64,000 bases of DNA, from NCBI RefSeq assembly GCF_044704955.1, contig NC_091987.1, positions 81,034,001 to 81,098,000 of the forward strand, read 5' to 3'. The position numbers and the translations under genes are program-made. The notes beneath the pieces are model-generated. The model worked only from the letters and a program-made list of their open reading frames with translations. It did not search any database and had not been told where the DNA came from. This DNA is from Pristiophorus japonicus (taxonomy: Eukaryota). This document shows, piece by piece, positions 14,083 through 25,590 of the stretch. The stretch's first letter is position 1. Each line of letters begins with the position of its first letter.

Positions 14083-16203
14083 TTAAATCAAATTAACAAA
14101 GGCCAAATCCTCCTGCCCCTTTATTAGACAGGCTTGTTTAGTATCCAGGGACCGGTCATGGGTCCCTCTTCGCTGTGCGTGGTGCCTGCATGCCTGGCAG
14201 GCCATTATACCCCATGTTATTACTAAGATCAATTGTACCCCGACCAGTATGTGTGAAATTATTCGAATCCAAGGATGGATGTTCACATTTATTCCCCAGT
14301 CCTAGACCTTTCTCCACCAACTCTGACTTTGTAAGTCTACATCGATATCTTCTTCCAGTACTTTGATTTTAGTTTGAAGTTGGTGGTAGAGCTTTACGGA
14401 TTGACCCACCCTGAGCCTCAATTCTCGTAATACTTCGGTTAGATGTGGGATAGGGACCTGATCTGGCTCGTCATAATCCTGCAAATGATCGTGGAGCTGA
14501 TCGGTTACATCAATAACTTCGGGCTTCCGGCGCCTAACCTGGGTGATATGCGCTTGCCCAATCGTGACAGGTCGTAGCGGCGCAAAGCAAAAGTTCGGCT
14601 GTGGTATCGGGCACTGCAGATCATTATACCGGTATGAACGCTCTGTGGTAGAGACGCAGTATCTTCCCTTCCCTCCGTAGCCTGCCCTCACAAAGTGCCT
14701 GTGTGCGGGCGCTATTTCTAGTACACACCTGTCGGTTCGGTTAAACCCGCACTCGTCTAGCTCACCTCGGCCTACCGGTTGAGGGCATACTGTGATCTCC
14801 CCCCTTTGCTTGCATTCTGTTAGTTAAATTCCGATAAGTATGTTGTTTCGGCGAACGGCGGAGGTGGTGGTCAGATAGTAACGTATGGAGACATTTTCCC
14901 GTATTACTCCGATATTCTCTAGTTGGTACAGGGGGAACGGCCCTGAGTCCGGCGTGGCTATAGGGATCATCAGGACTATCCCTATCCCAATATTCCTACC
15001 CATCTGGCAATCTGGAATTGCTGGGTATACTTGGGTCAGTCCCTTCAGAGTACAATTATCCAGTGTACCCCTCTGGTTAGCCAACTGAGCCAAATGTGAA
15101 CTGTCTATCCAATCTGGAACTTCCCAGCATTGGATCTGGTCACGATTATGGCGGATCTGTCCCACCATCCACAGACCATAAGCGTGACAGAGTTGCCCCT
15201 GTCTTTGCTTTCCTGTATCTTCTTTTTCTCTATCAATGAGGTGATTGATGGTTTTGGCGTGAGCTTCCAGGACTGAGATGCCATCCAACTGGATTCCTAG
15301 TTTGGCTTGGTCTTCCTGTTTTTGCTCCACCCTCTCTAATAACCCCTTCATCACCCCTCTAAGCTGTTCCACCCTCTCATTTAACCCTTGTATATCTATC
15401 GAGTTTACTACGGAGGTCCCTGTATTGAAACCGGTAGCAACATCATTAACTATTCCCCTCTTTATCCTGGGGGCTGACCCCTGTCCTCGGAATCTACTGG
15501 CACCCATTGCATCGGCAGCCTGCTGCATTACAACTTTACTTAATACATTGTACATTTTCCTTGATTGTTCTGTACAGTATTCCGGCAGCTGGATGCCTGA
15601 AATATTGATCAGGACAGGCACAATTTCATGTTTAACATTATCATACAATAATTCCCCTTCGTTGTACATTACAATCCCATTTTCTGGTCCCTTAGTAGTT
15701 ATGGGACAAGGCAGTTCCTCGGGCAATGTAGTGGTTCTTATGGGGCATGGTGTCGGAGGGGGTGAGAAGCATACATACAATGATATTGCAGCCGCCCCCA
15801 CCTCCTCGTAGTACCCACACAGCCCCACTCCATTTTTACGGATGACTGATTGCTGGGACTGTCCCGGAGGCGCGCAAATTATGCCAAAAGTACATTCATC
15901 AGGCCCTTTGACATCCCTCCGTTTAATGCAGCTGCTCCTTATACCCGTGAAGCACTGTACACATACCCGGTTCTTATTAGGATTCACTTGTAACCATGCA
16001 TTAAAATAAGTCCTGTCCTTGCTCCAGTCCTTGGCTGCTGGGATGCACATTCCATCCGTTAAATTAAACAAGACTCCATAGTTCATGTAGTTGTTTATTT
16101 CCTGAGTGCACTGCAATCCGTTGGTGTCATTTAGTGTTTGTGTGGGTCTTGAGGTTCCCAGTATCATGAGTCCTCAGAGTCGAAGTCACCACTGCGGTCC
16201 CAT
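14083..16203 (-). pseudogene. env: env: class I fusion glycoprotein of about 706 codons, one reading frame with 4 premature stops
   Basis: ORFs 14824-16167, 14302-14691 and 14083-14286 share one frame; signal-like start MGPQW*LRL*GLMILG; furin site RIKR|GIV; heptad repeats; Cys-rich region; WWRKV*DW; TM IISHILVGVQLILVITWGIMAC. Confidence 0.88.
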
Positions 16204-16599
16204 CTTGGTGAGTGTTTTATCTGAAAATTTTAAACAGACAGCCTGGTCGTCACCAGGTGTTAGATTCTGGTCTACTTGTGTCACTGTCACTCTGTGGAAT
16301 CGGAGGTAAGGATTAGGTTAACCATATTCTTTATAGTCGTACCATCTCTATCACTTCATGTCCCTGTCTTGGCTACCATCGGTTTTGCGTTTGAGCCTGC
16401 TGTGCTCGAGCCTGCACGATGACCCATCTAAATATTATCCAAACTCCAATCAACACCAATGCCACCATTATTCCTCCAAACATCGCTGTCTGCTTTACCG
16501 TTAGGTTGCGTTTGTGGACTACACCTACCCACCGTGGGGTACATTGGCTCTATTGCCATAGGTGATGGTGCTATGGCTGCACACTGCACTATCCGTCTA

Positions 16600-18945
16600 G
16601 TCCCGTTTTTTAAAACATCTCTTCCAGCCTGTTTATCTTAGCTTTTAACTCTTGACCAGCTAGTTCCGTTTTATTTTTATTCTGAATATCCCACCATTTC
16701 CTCTGTCTGTCAGGTGAGTCTTCTTTATTTTATTAAGAAATCCAAATTAATAATGTCCAGTATAAAACAGCTGTCAATGGAAAGGGTTAACTCCTTTACA
16801 GATTTGTCAGAAAGCCTGATGTCATTACGTGACTTCACGTAATCATCCGAAAAATTATTTTTTTTCAAGTCTTTGTGCCTTCAAAACTTGCTTAGAAATT
16901 AGGAATCCGTTAAACAGCATAAATCATTAGTAAAGTGGTCATAATAAAAATCTTCTCATCGGGAAAGACAGCATTTTAGATTAAACTCCAATTTTTTCTT
17001 AACTTCTAATTCAAGTACTTGCCAAATAATTTTTTTTTTTAATTGATTTAAAACGAGACCACACATTTTTAATAGCTATTTTGTTTACTGAAATTCAATT
17101 TTTTTTTTTTTATTTCTCTCAGCACAAAATCTAAACTTCTGTGCCAGTTCCATTTTTTCTTTCTGTGCTGAGTTAACATAGCTTAGATCTTTTCTTCTCG
17201 TTATTTTCATACATTCCAACATTTCGGGTTTTTTTACGGTTCCGTTCACTGGGCAAACCTTGTGTTTTATTTCTCTCTCAGCACAAAATCTAAACATCCG
17301 TGCCAGTTCCATTTTCTATAAGAATTTAAAAATTCAGTAAGATTCTCTAGTTCCCAGTTTTTTCTTTCTGTGCTGAGTTCGCATAGCTTAGATCTTTTCT
17401 CCTCGTTATCTTCAAAACCCTCCTGCTTGTTTAGACTGTTCGGGACTTTTCTTGATAAACACTGTCCATTTTGGAAACCTTTTCAAACTGCATTGAAACT
17501 TTCTCATAATTTAAAATCATTATCAATGTAGAGTGTTTTTTACCTCTTCCAATTTTTTTTTCTTTTTCTAATTAAACCAATATCTTTTTCACAGCAAACA
17601 TCAACTAGTATTTAGTAAGTTATGTCTTTTTCCAATCACAAACACATTTTTTTTCAGCACTTATTTAGTATGTTACATCTTTTTTATTCAGATCTCCTTT
17701 CTTCAAATTAGATTTTGTATTTTACACGGAGGGCTCATGACTCCATAAATTTGTTAATTTAAAATCATTTGTTTACTTTCAAAGTGGTGTCTTTATCTTT
17801 TTCTTTTCTCCATAACTGGAATGGAGTCAGCAATTAGGCTTTGAGGGCTGCTTTTCATTATCTCAAAATGCTCCAGTTTCAAAGTCGTTAAAATGTCTCT
17901 TCTAAACTGCTAAAGCTTGTTGTTTTTAACATTTTTCAAAAGTCCCTTTTACACCTTCGCAGATAGCTCGCCACTCGCCCAGGAGTTTGACCTGATCCCT
18001 GAAGGTATTTCTAGATTGTTTCCAAACCTTTTAGTTTTATATCTCCTTTTTTTTCTTTAAGAGATCAGATTTAATTTAATAATTTTTTTTTAATCCACCT
18101 CAGTATTTTGCTGTGCCTTCTCTGAATATCTCAAAATCCCAATTCAAACTTTGTAATTTCAATCTTTATTTAAAACTTTTTTTTTGCTAGAAGCTTTTTT
18201 TAAAAGGCATTCTTTATCTCATTCCGAGACTAAATTTATGTCTTTCAACCCAATGTAATCAATCATTGCATGTTTTCTTTCGACAAGTAAGTGAGCGTGT
18301 CAAATAAATTATTTTTTTTAACCACCGGGACCATGTATTTTTTATCTTTTGCTCAACAAACCTATCCTTTGTACATTTCCTAGCTCCGTAACTTATCATC
18401 CGAATAAATCCACACCTGCGTTTCTAACTTAAAATGTCTTAAAACTTCCCACATACAGGACAACACTACAAAGGGTTAAAAAAACTTTCACTCTGTTTAG
18501 AAAAGTGGGTGGAGCTAAAATAAACAGACACTTGCATTCCTCTTCCAATCAGACTTTCGGAAACATGAAAAAATAAAAAAAATTCATTCCGCAGTCAAAA
18601 AATCACACAAGGACTCTCAACGACAGACATTCACAAAAGTCTCTCTTCATTCAACAAAGCTTATTAATTTTTTTTTTGGCCGGCTCTATTCTTGGATCCA
18701 TACTTCACTTAAGATAATCACTATCAGGTTTTTTTATTTCTTACACATTGATTTACTTCCTCTGTTAGTTTTATGTGGGCTCGCAGTATCAAGACCACAG
18801 CCTTTTCATTTTTATTCGCTGGCAGGTCCTGAGGATCCCACCCTGCTCTAATCATTTTCTCGATTAGTTTCTTTTGTTTTTCTGCCAGGTGGCGGGTAAG
18901 GGACCCTTCTGGTCCCCACTCGAGGTTACTTGCTTTCGTGGCCAT
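16600..18945 (-). pseudogene. Decayed, extremely A-rich gag-like region with internal duplications
   Basis: Lys-rich ORF remnants at 18724-18945 and 17085-17312; position between PBS and env; no RT or integrase motifs seen. Confidence 0.45.
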
Positions 18946-19475
18946 TCCTGGGTAGGACTAGAACCGTTAGGAATCTACTCTCAGAGGTCCGCTTTCTACC
19001 TAGCGTAACTTGTAGTAGACCGTCTCCTGGCTACTGTCAGGTCACAAGTTCTGCTGTTACACAAACTTATACAATTCTTAAAACGCGTTTAAGCAATTCC
19101 CGCAGTGCTCTACGTACCTTAACGACTACCTACCACCGCTCTGCCCGTTGGTCCGACCCTGTTCACAGGTTTGGATTCCGTTAGCAGCTGTATACAGCTT
19201 GGATCTACCCCGGGGTATATCTCAAATCATACTACTGGGTCCGGAAGATGTCTTTCGGTATCATGATCCCACGGTCTAAGTGTGTTCCTGGCACCTACTT
19301 AGTTCCTGGCCATCACGTGAGACTAAAGTCCTCTTAATTCAGGCTCAGGCAAGGTGTTTGAGATATTGGACCGTCTCCTCGTTTCGATCAATGAGCATCC
19401 ACCTTCCGCACCCGTTATAAAATTTTGTTTAAGGTATACTCACCCAGTTTCTCCAAGAGCGTCAGCGACCCCGAA

Positions 19476-19493
19476 ATCCTGTTCATGACGCCA
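19476..19493 (-). promoter_or_regulatory. Primer binding site, tRNA-Ser(CGA)-type
   Basis: TGGCGTCATGAACAGGAT next to the 5' LTR; 17/18 match to the recalled vertebrate tRNA-Ser(CGA) 3' complement TGGCGTCACGAACAGGAT. Confidence 0.8.
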
Positions 19494-19494
19494 T

Positions 19495-20098
19495 TGTTAG
19501 CGTGAATGTTTTCTTAGAAGAATCACTCAACACTCAGAGTCGGTTCCAACGCCAATGCGGCCTTTATTTTCGCATGCGGGGAGGAAGCCTCAGGACTGGA
19601 TCCAGGCACTTCTCTCCGACGAACAAAGAAACTCATCGATATTTATATGTTTTACAATAGTTCTTTACAGTTACTCAGCCCACTTCGGCTGGACACAATC
19701 CAATCATAACGATTATAGATTACATATAAGTTTCTTTAACCCAATAGAATTTTGTCAGCTCGGGCTGATTAATGACCTCGTTATGTGAGGCAGGTTCTCC
19801 TCTTATCTCTGTTCCTCGGGGTTCGGCTGTGTGAAGTCATTGATTATACCAGTGTACTATAATGGTTCGTTATAATTATCTTGTATCCAAGGCATTCCTG
19901 GTAGTGGGCCTCACAGGGTCATTGCTCGGTCATTGCTCGGTCAGCCCCAGTTCATTACTTGACTAACGGGGTTCCCATCATGCTTGGGCAGCCATTTTAT
20001 ACGTGGCCACTTTAAACTTATATGAGTTTAGATATATTCAGCAGGTGCCTAATGCCTAGTGTTTTGATATATTCAGCAGGTGCCTAATGCCTACAACA
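19495..20098 (-). repeat. 5' LTR
   Basis: Direct repeat of 13341-13944; adjacent to the PBS. Confidence 0.95.
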
Positions 20099-20505
20099 AA
20101 GTGCCTTTCACAACCACTGGACTATTTTGTCTATCCTCAGTGAGAATTGGCGGCGGCCAATTTGCACACAGCAAGCACCCACAAACAGCAATGTGACAAT
20201 ATTCAGATAATCTGTGTTTTTTGTTGTGTTGATTGAGGGATAAATATTGGCCACGACACCAGGGATAACTCCCTCTGTTCTTCAAAATAGTGCCATGGGA
20301 TGTTTTACAGCCACCTGGGAGATCAGACAGGGCCTCGGTTAACGTCTCATTCGAAATACACCACCTCCGACAGTGCAGCACTCCCTCAGTACTGCACTGG
20401 AGCGTCAGACTAGATTTATGTACTCAAGTCCCTGGATTGGGACTTGAACCCACAACCTTCTGACTCATAGGCGAGTGTGCTACCCACTAAGGCACATCTG
20501 ACACT
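20099..20505 (-). mobile_element. Deu-domain SINE whose 3' tail (13315-13340) was separated by the ERV insertion
   Basis: tRNA-like head with GGTTCAAGTCCC B-box, Deu core; tail rejoins across the TSD. Confidence 0.8.
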
Positions 20506-20806
20506 GATTGTAAGTTAAGTCTTTTTCATTTTTTTGATGTTCCTTGTGGAGGAGCAGGAGTTCTCCTGCAATCCTGAACTTCCACAGCCATTTTGGGCAT
20601 TTCAGTACCTGATTTCCAGAATATTAGAGTATGCTGCTCTCTCTCAGCATAACATCAGCAGTGTGTGAATACTGGAGTGGAGCGATTATCATCAAAATGA
20701 ACTGAACCTTGACTTTAAATGGGTTGATCTGTGATGTGTCAGCAGGGTGATGGGTTATTAACGTTGGATTTTCTACACAAACTAATTATGTTTTTTTTGC
20801 CCCAAG

Positions 20807-21172
20807 GACAAAGTCAAAAGCTAACAGTTTCCCAGACACCATCTGTGATCAAGGCGCTAAAAGGCCAGACAGTGAAAATATACTGTTCGTACAGCGATGA
20901 AAACGGAGAACAGTTGAGGATTACGTGGGGAAAACATAACAGCGCACATAATCTTTGTGATTATACTTACAATAAAAATAAAACAAAATACAGATCATGG
21001 TATTGTTTAGAACAGGCTAACATTACACTGGACTTCTCAACAAACTCGTCATCTTTAATATTCCATGATCTGCATTTAAATGACTCCGACATTTACTTCT
21101 GTCAGCTTTCAATTGAAATACCTCCCCCTATACAAACAGCAGAAGGTACCGGCACGCACCTAACAGTGGAAG
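20807..21172 (+). CDS. VJ-C1 IgSF receptor, coding exon 2: VJ-type Ig V domain, CD28/CTLA-4/NKp30-like
   Basis: Acceptor ttttttttgccccaag; B-strand Cys (VKIYC), Trp (ITWG), DSDIYFC, EIPPP, J-like EGTGTHLTVE; phase-1 donor G|gtgagt. Confidence 0.93.
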
Positions 21173-22188
21173 GTGAGTTTAACTTAGTGACAGCCTAGAA
21201 TGGAAACTGACACCAAAATAAAAAGAAGTGCCAGCTGCTACATTACAACAGTGAGTACACTTCAACAAGAACGCTGTTGGCTGTAAAGTGCTTTGGAACG
21301 TCCTGAGAGCTTGAAAGGCACTATTTAGGTGCAAGTTTGTTCTTTCTTTTTTGTTGGATGACACCAAGCTTGGGTTTTTAAAACATGCAGGTTATAAGAG
21401 ACCGACGGGAAGGGTTTCCTTCCTCGGAGTGAGATGCATAAATGAAATGGAAAAGAACAAAGAAGCTGATAGAGAAAGAGAATTTGAAGGCTAGAAGTGT
21501 GAAAAGGATAGCTTTTTATTCTCAGTAAGTGTGAGGGAGATGCTGGAAGAGCCTCCTGAGATACGGGGGCAGGTGTTTAGGTTTAGAATGGATTTAGGGG
21601 CTAAAATTGCCCCGTGCTGGGGTTGGAGCGCATAGTTCGAATTAGCTGAAATGTTAGCGCCGGCCGAGATGGTTGGGAGGAAGTTTATCATTTCGACATT
21701 TTGTTTCCCAAATCTGAGAGTTGAGCTGTTGGAGCGCTAAATGGCCTCCATGTGCGCTGTAAGGGCGCTGCAGGGGAGGTAGTGGAAACGAGCCGCCAAT
21801 TTCAGGTGAGTTTGATTCACTCATAACGAGTCACATGGTCATTGAGCTTCTTAAAGCGGATGCCTTGCTCTACTGATTCTCTTCTTCCTCACAGTTCAGT
21901 TGCTGCTTGCTGAGGGCCATCATGGCAACTGGGAAAGGCAGTACAAGGGCCCCGCGGTTCATAGACACGGAATTGGAGACACTGGTGAGGACAGTGGAAG
22001 ACACTGGTGGGGACAGTGGAAGAAAGGAGGCGGATCCTTTCCCTCCAGCTGGGAGGTTCGCTCCACAGCTTCTCAGAGCTATTTGGGCAGAGGTGGCTGC
22101 TGAGGTGCCGGACACCTCTGTCGTTCACCGCACCAAACAATGTTGCAAAATGTTGTGTGATCTCACTCGTGTGGTGAACGTGAGTGCA

Positions 22189-22450
22189 TGTTCCCTCAAC
22201 TCTTCCCTATGAACCTGTGAGCCTCAGTCTGTTCCCACAACTCTGCCCCATGAACCTGTGAGCCTCGGTCTGTTCCCACAACTCTTCCCTATGAGCCTGT
22301 GAGCCTCGGTCTGTTCCCACAACTCTTCCCCATGAACCTGTGAGCCTCGGTCTGTTCCCACAACTCTCCCCTATGAACCTGTGAGCCTCCGTCTGTTCCC
22401 ACAACTCTCCCCTATGAACCTGTGAGCCTCGGTCTGTTCCCTCAACTCTT
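22189..22450. repeat. Minisatellite, 41-bp unit, about 6 copies
   Basis: Unit AACTCTTCCCTATGAACCTGTGAGCCTCGGTCTGTTCCCAC. Confidence 0.92.
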
Positions 22451-22841
22451 ACAAAGCAGCCTCTGTGCAGACTCCGCAAACCAGCATTTAACTCAGGAAG
22501 TGCCTGCTCACAGTTATTGGCTCATTTGATGCTTTGCTTAGAATCACAGCAGCTTGAGCTGCCCATGCATTCCTTCCACATACATAAGTGCACAGTGACT
22601 CACCAAGCTTCCTTTCTTTTGCAGGCCAAGATGGCACATAACAGGCTTCAGCAGCAAACAGGAGCGGTGGGGTGGGGGAGCTTAAACTGCGTGAGCTCAC
22701 AGACGTGGAAGAGCGAGTACTTCGTCTTATGGGCCCGCAGATGGCCATCCCCATGGCAGTGGGGACCGAGCCCGCTCGAGCCAATATTGGTAAGTGAAAC
22801 CCTTCCTCTCATCCCACCTTCCACTTTAAGCATAAAGCCTT

Positions 22842-25590
22842 ATAGAAACATAGAAAATAGGTGCAGGAGTAGGCCATTCGGCCCTTCGAGCCTGCACCGC
22901 CATTCAATAAGATCATGGCTGATCATTCCCTTAGTACCCCTTTCCTGCTTTCTCTCCAATACCCCTTGATCCCCTTAGGCATAAGGGCCATATCTAACTC
23001 CCTCTTGAATATATCCAATGAACTGACATTAACAATTCTGTGCGGCAGGGAATTCCACAGGTTAACAACTCTGAGTGAAGAAGTTTCTCCTCATTTCAGT
23101 CCTAAATGGCCTACCACTTATCCGAAGATTATGTCCCCTGGTTCTGGACTTCCCCAACATCGGGAACATTCTTCCCTCATCTAACCTGTCCATCCCGTCA
23201 GAATCTTATACGTTTCTATGAGATTCCCTCTCATCCTTCTAAACTCCATTGAATAAAGGCTCAGTTGATCCAGTCTCTCCTCATATGACAGTCCAGCCAT
23301 CCCAGGCATCAGTCTGGTGAACCTTCGCTGCACTCCCTCAATAGCAAGAATGTCCTTCCTCAGATTAGGAGATCAAAACTGAACACAATATTCCAGGTGA
23401 GGCCTCACTAAGGTCCTGTACAACTGCAGTAAGACCTCCCTGCTCCTATACTCAAATCCCCTAGCTATGAAGGCCAACATAGCATTTGCCTTCTTCACCG
23501 CCTGCTGGACCTGGATGCCCACTTTCAGTGACTGATGAACCATGACACCCAGGTCTCGTTGCACCTCCCCCCTTTTCTTAATCTGTCGCCATTCAGATAA
23601 TATTCTGCCTTCGTGTTTTTGCCCCCAAAATGGATAACCTCACATTTATCCACATTATACTGCATCTGCCATGCATTTGCCCACTCACCTAACCTGTCCA
23701 AGTCACCCTGCAGCCTCTCAGCGTCCTCCTCACAGCTCACACCGCCACCCAGTTTAGTGTCATCTGCAAACTTGGAGATATTACACTCAATTCCTTCATC
23801 TAAATCGTTAATGTATATTGTAAAGACCTGGGGTCCCAGCACTGAGCCCTGCGGCACTCCACTAGTCACTGCCTGCCATTCTGAAAAGGACCCGTTTATC
23901 CCGACTCTCTGCTTCCTGTCTGCCAACCAGTTCTCTAGCCATATCAGTACATTAACCCCAATAACATGCACTTTGATTTTGCACACCAGCCTCTTGTGCT
24001 GGACTTTGTCAAAAGCCTTTTGAAAGTGAAATACACCACATCCACTGGTTCTCCCTTGTCCACTCTGCTAGTTACATCCTCAAAAAATTCCAGAAGATTC
24101 ATCAAACATGATTTCCCTTTCATAAATCCATGCTGACTTGGTCCGATCCTGTCACTGCTTTCCAAATGCGCTGCTATTTCATCGTTAATGATTGATTCCG
24201 ACATTTTTCCCACTACTGATGTCAGGCTAACAGGTCTATAATTACCTGTTTTCTCTCTCCCTCCTTTTTAAAAAAGTGGTGTTACATTAGCTACCCTCCA
24301 GTCCATAGGAACTGATCCAGAGTCGATAGACTGTTGGAAAATGATCACCAATGCATCCACTATTTCTAGGGCCACTTCCTTAAGTACTCTCAGGCCCCAG
24401 GGATTTATCGGCCTTCAATCCCATCAATTTCCCTAACACAATTTCCCACCTAATAAGGATATCCTTCATTCCTCCTTCTCACTAGACCCACTGTCCCCTA
24501 GTACATTCAGAAGGTTATTTGTGTCTTCCTTCATGAAGACAGAACCGAAGTATTGGTTCAATTGGTCTGCCATTTCTTTGTTCCCCATTATAAATTCACC
24601 TGAATCCGACTGCAAGGGACCTATGTTTGTCTTCACTAATCTTTTTCTCTTCACATATTTATAGAAAATTTTGCAGTCCGTTTTTATGTTCCCTGTAAGC
24701 TTCCTCTCGTACTCTATTTTCTCCCTCTTAATTAAACCCTTAGTCCTCCTCTGTTGAATTCTAAATTTCTCCCAGTCCTCAGGTGTCTTGCTTTTTCTAG
24801 CCCATTTATATGCCTCTTCCTTGGCTTTAAAACTATCCTTAATTTCCCTTGTTAGCCATGGTTGAGCCATCTTCCCAGTTTTATTTTTACTCCAGACAGG
24901 GATGTACAATTGCTGAAGTTCATCCATTTGATCTTTAAATGTTTGCCATTGCTTATCCACCGTCAACCCTTTAAGTATCCTTTGCCAGACTATTCTAGCC
25001 AATTCACGTATCATACTGTCGAAGTTACCTTTCCTTAAGTTCAGATCCCTAGTTTCCGAATTAACTGTGTCACTCTCCATCTTTATTAAGAATTCTACCA
25101 TATTATGGTCACTCTTCCCCAAGGAGTCTCGCACAAGATTGCTAATTAGTCCTTTCTCATTACACATCACCCAGTCTAGGATGGCCAGCTCTATAGTTGG
25201 TTCATCAACATATTGGTCTAGAAAACTATCCCTAATACACACCAGGAAATCCTCCTCCACCGCACTGCTACCAGTTTGGTTAGCCCAATCAATATGTAGA
25301 TTAAAGTCGCCCATGATAACTGCTGTACCTTTATTGCACACATCCCTTATTTCTTGTTTGATGCTCCCAAACCTCACTACTACTGTTTGGTGGTCTGTAC
25401 ACAACTCCCACTAGCGTTTTCTGCCCTTTGGAATTTCGCAGCCCCACACATATAGATTCCACATCATCCAGGCTAATGTCCCTCCTTACTATTGCATTAA
25501 TTTCCTCTTTAACCAGCAACGCCACCCTGTCTCCTTTTCCTCTCTGCCTATCCTTCCTATATGTTGAGTTCCCAGCCTTGGTCACCCTGT
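22842..25590 (-). mobile_element. CR1 LINE, 5'-truncated and frameshifted, inserted in the Harbinger Myb gene
   Basis: APE and RT motifs (GDFN, SDH, GVPQGSVLGP, KFADD); GAAACATA tail. Confidence 0.93.

Larger units (their letters stand above)
13341..20098 (-). mobile_element. Env-bearing LTR retroelement/ERV lacking recognisable pol (lokiretrovirus-like), antisense in intron 1
   Basis: Two 604-bp LTRs, PBS, PPT, 5-bp TSD tagtg/aagtg (one mismatch); splits a SINE tail; contains a long env frame. Confidence 0.92.

Noticed and set aside
20807-21172. Rearranging or germline-joined Ig, TCR or IgNAR V gene
   Set aside because: No RSS seen, no WYxQ-type framework, 9.5-kb leader intron, single V and C1; the EIPPP loop and extra Cys pair fit the CD28/NKp30-type group better
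22189-22450. Regular repeat array superficially like CRISPR
   Set aside because: Head-to-tail 41-bp units with no unique spacers, in eukaryotic transposon DNA; it is a minisatellite
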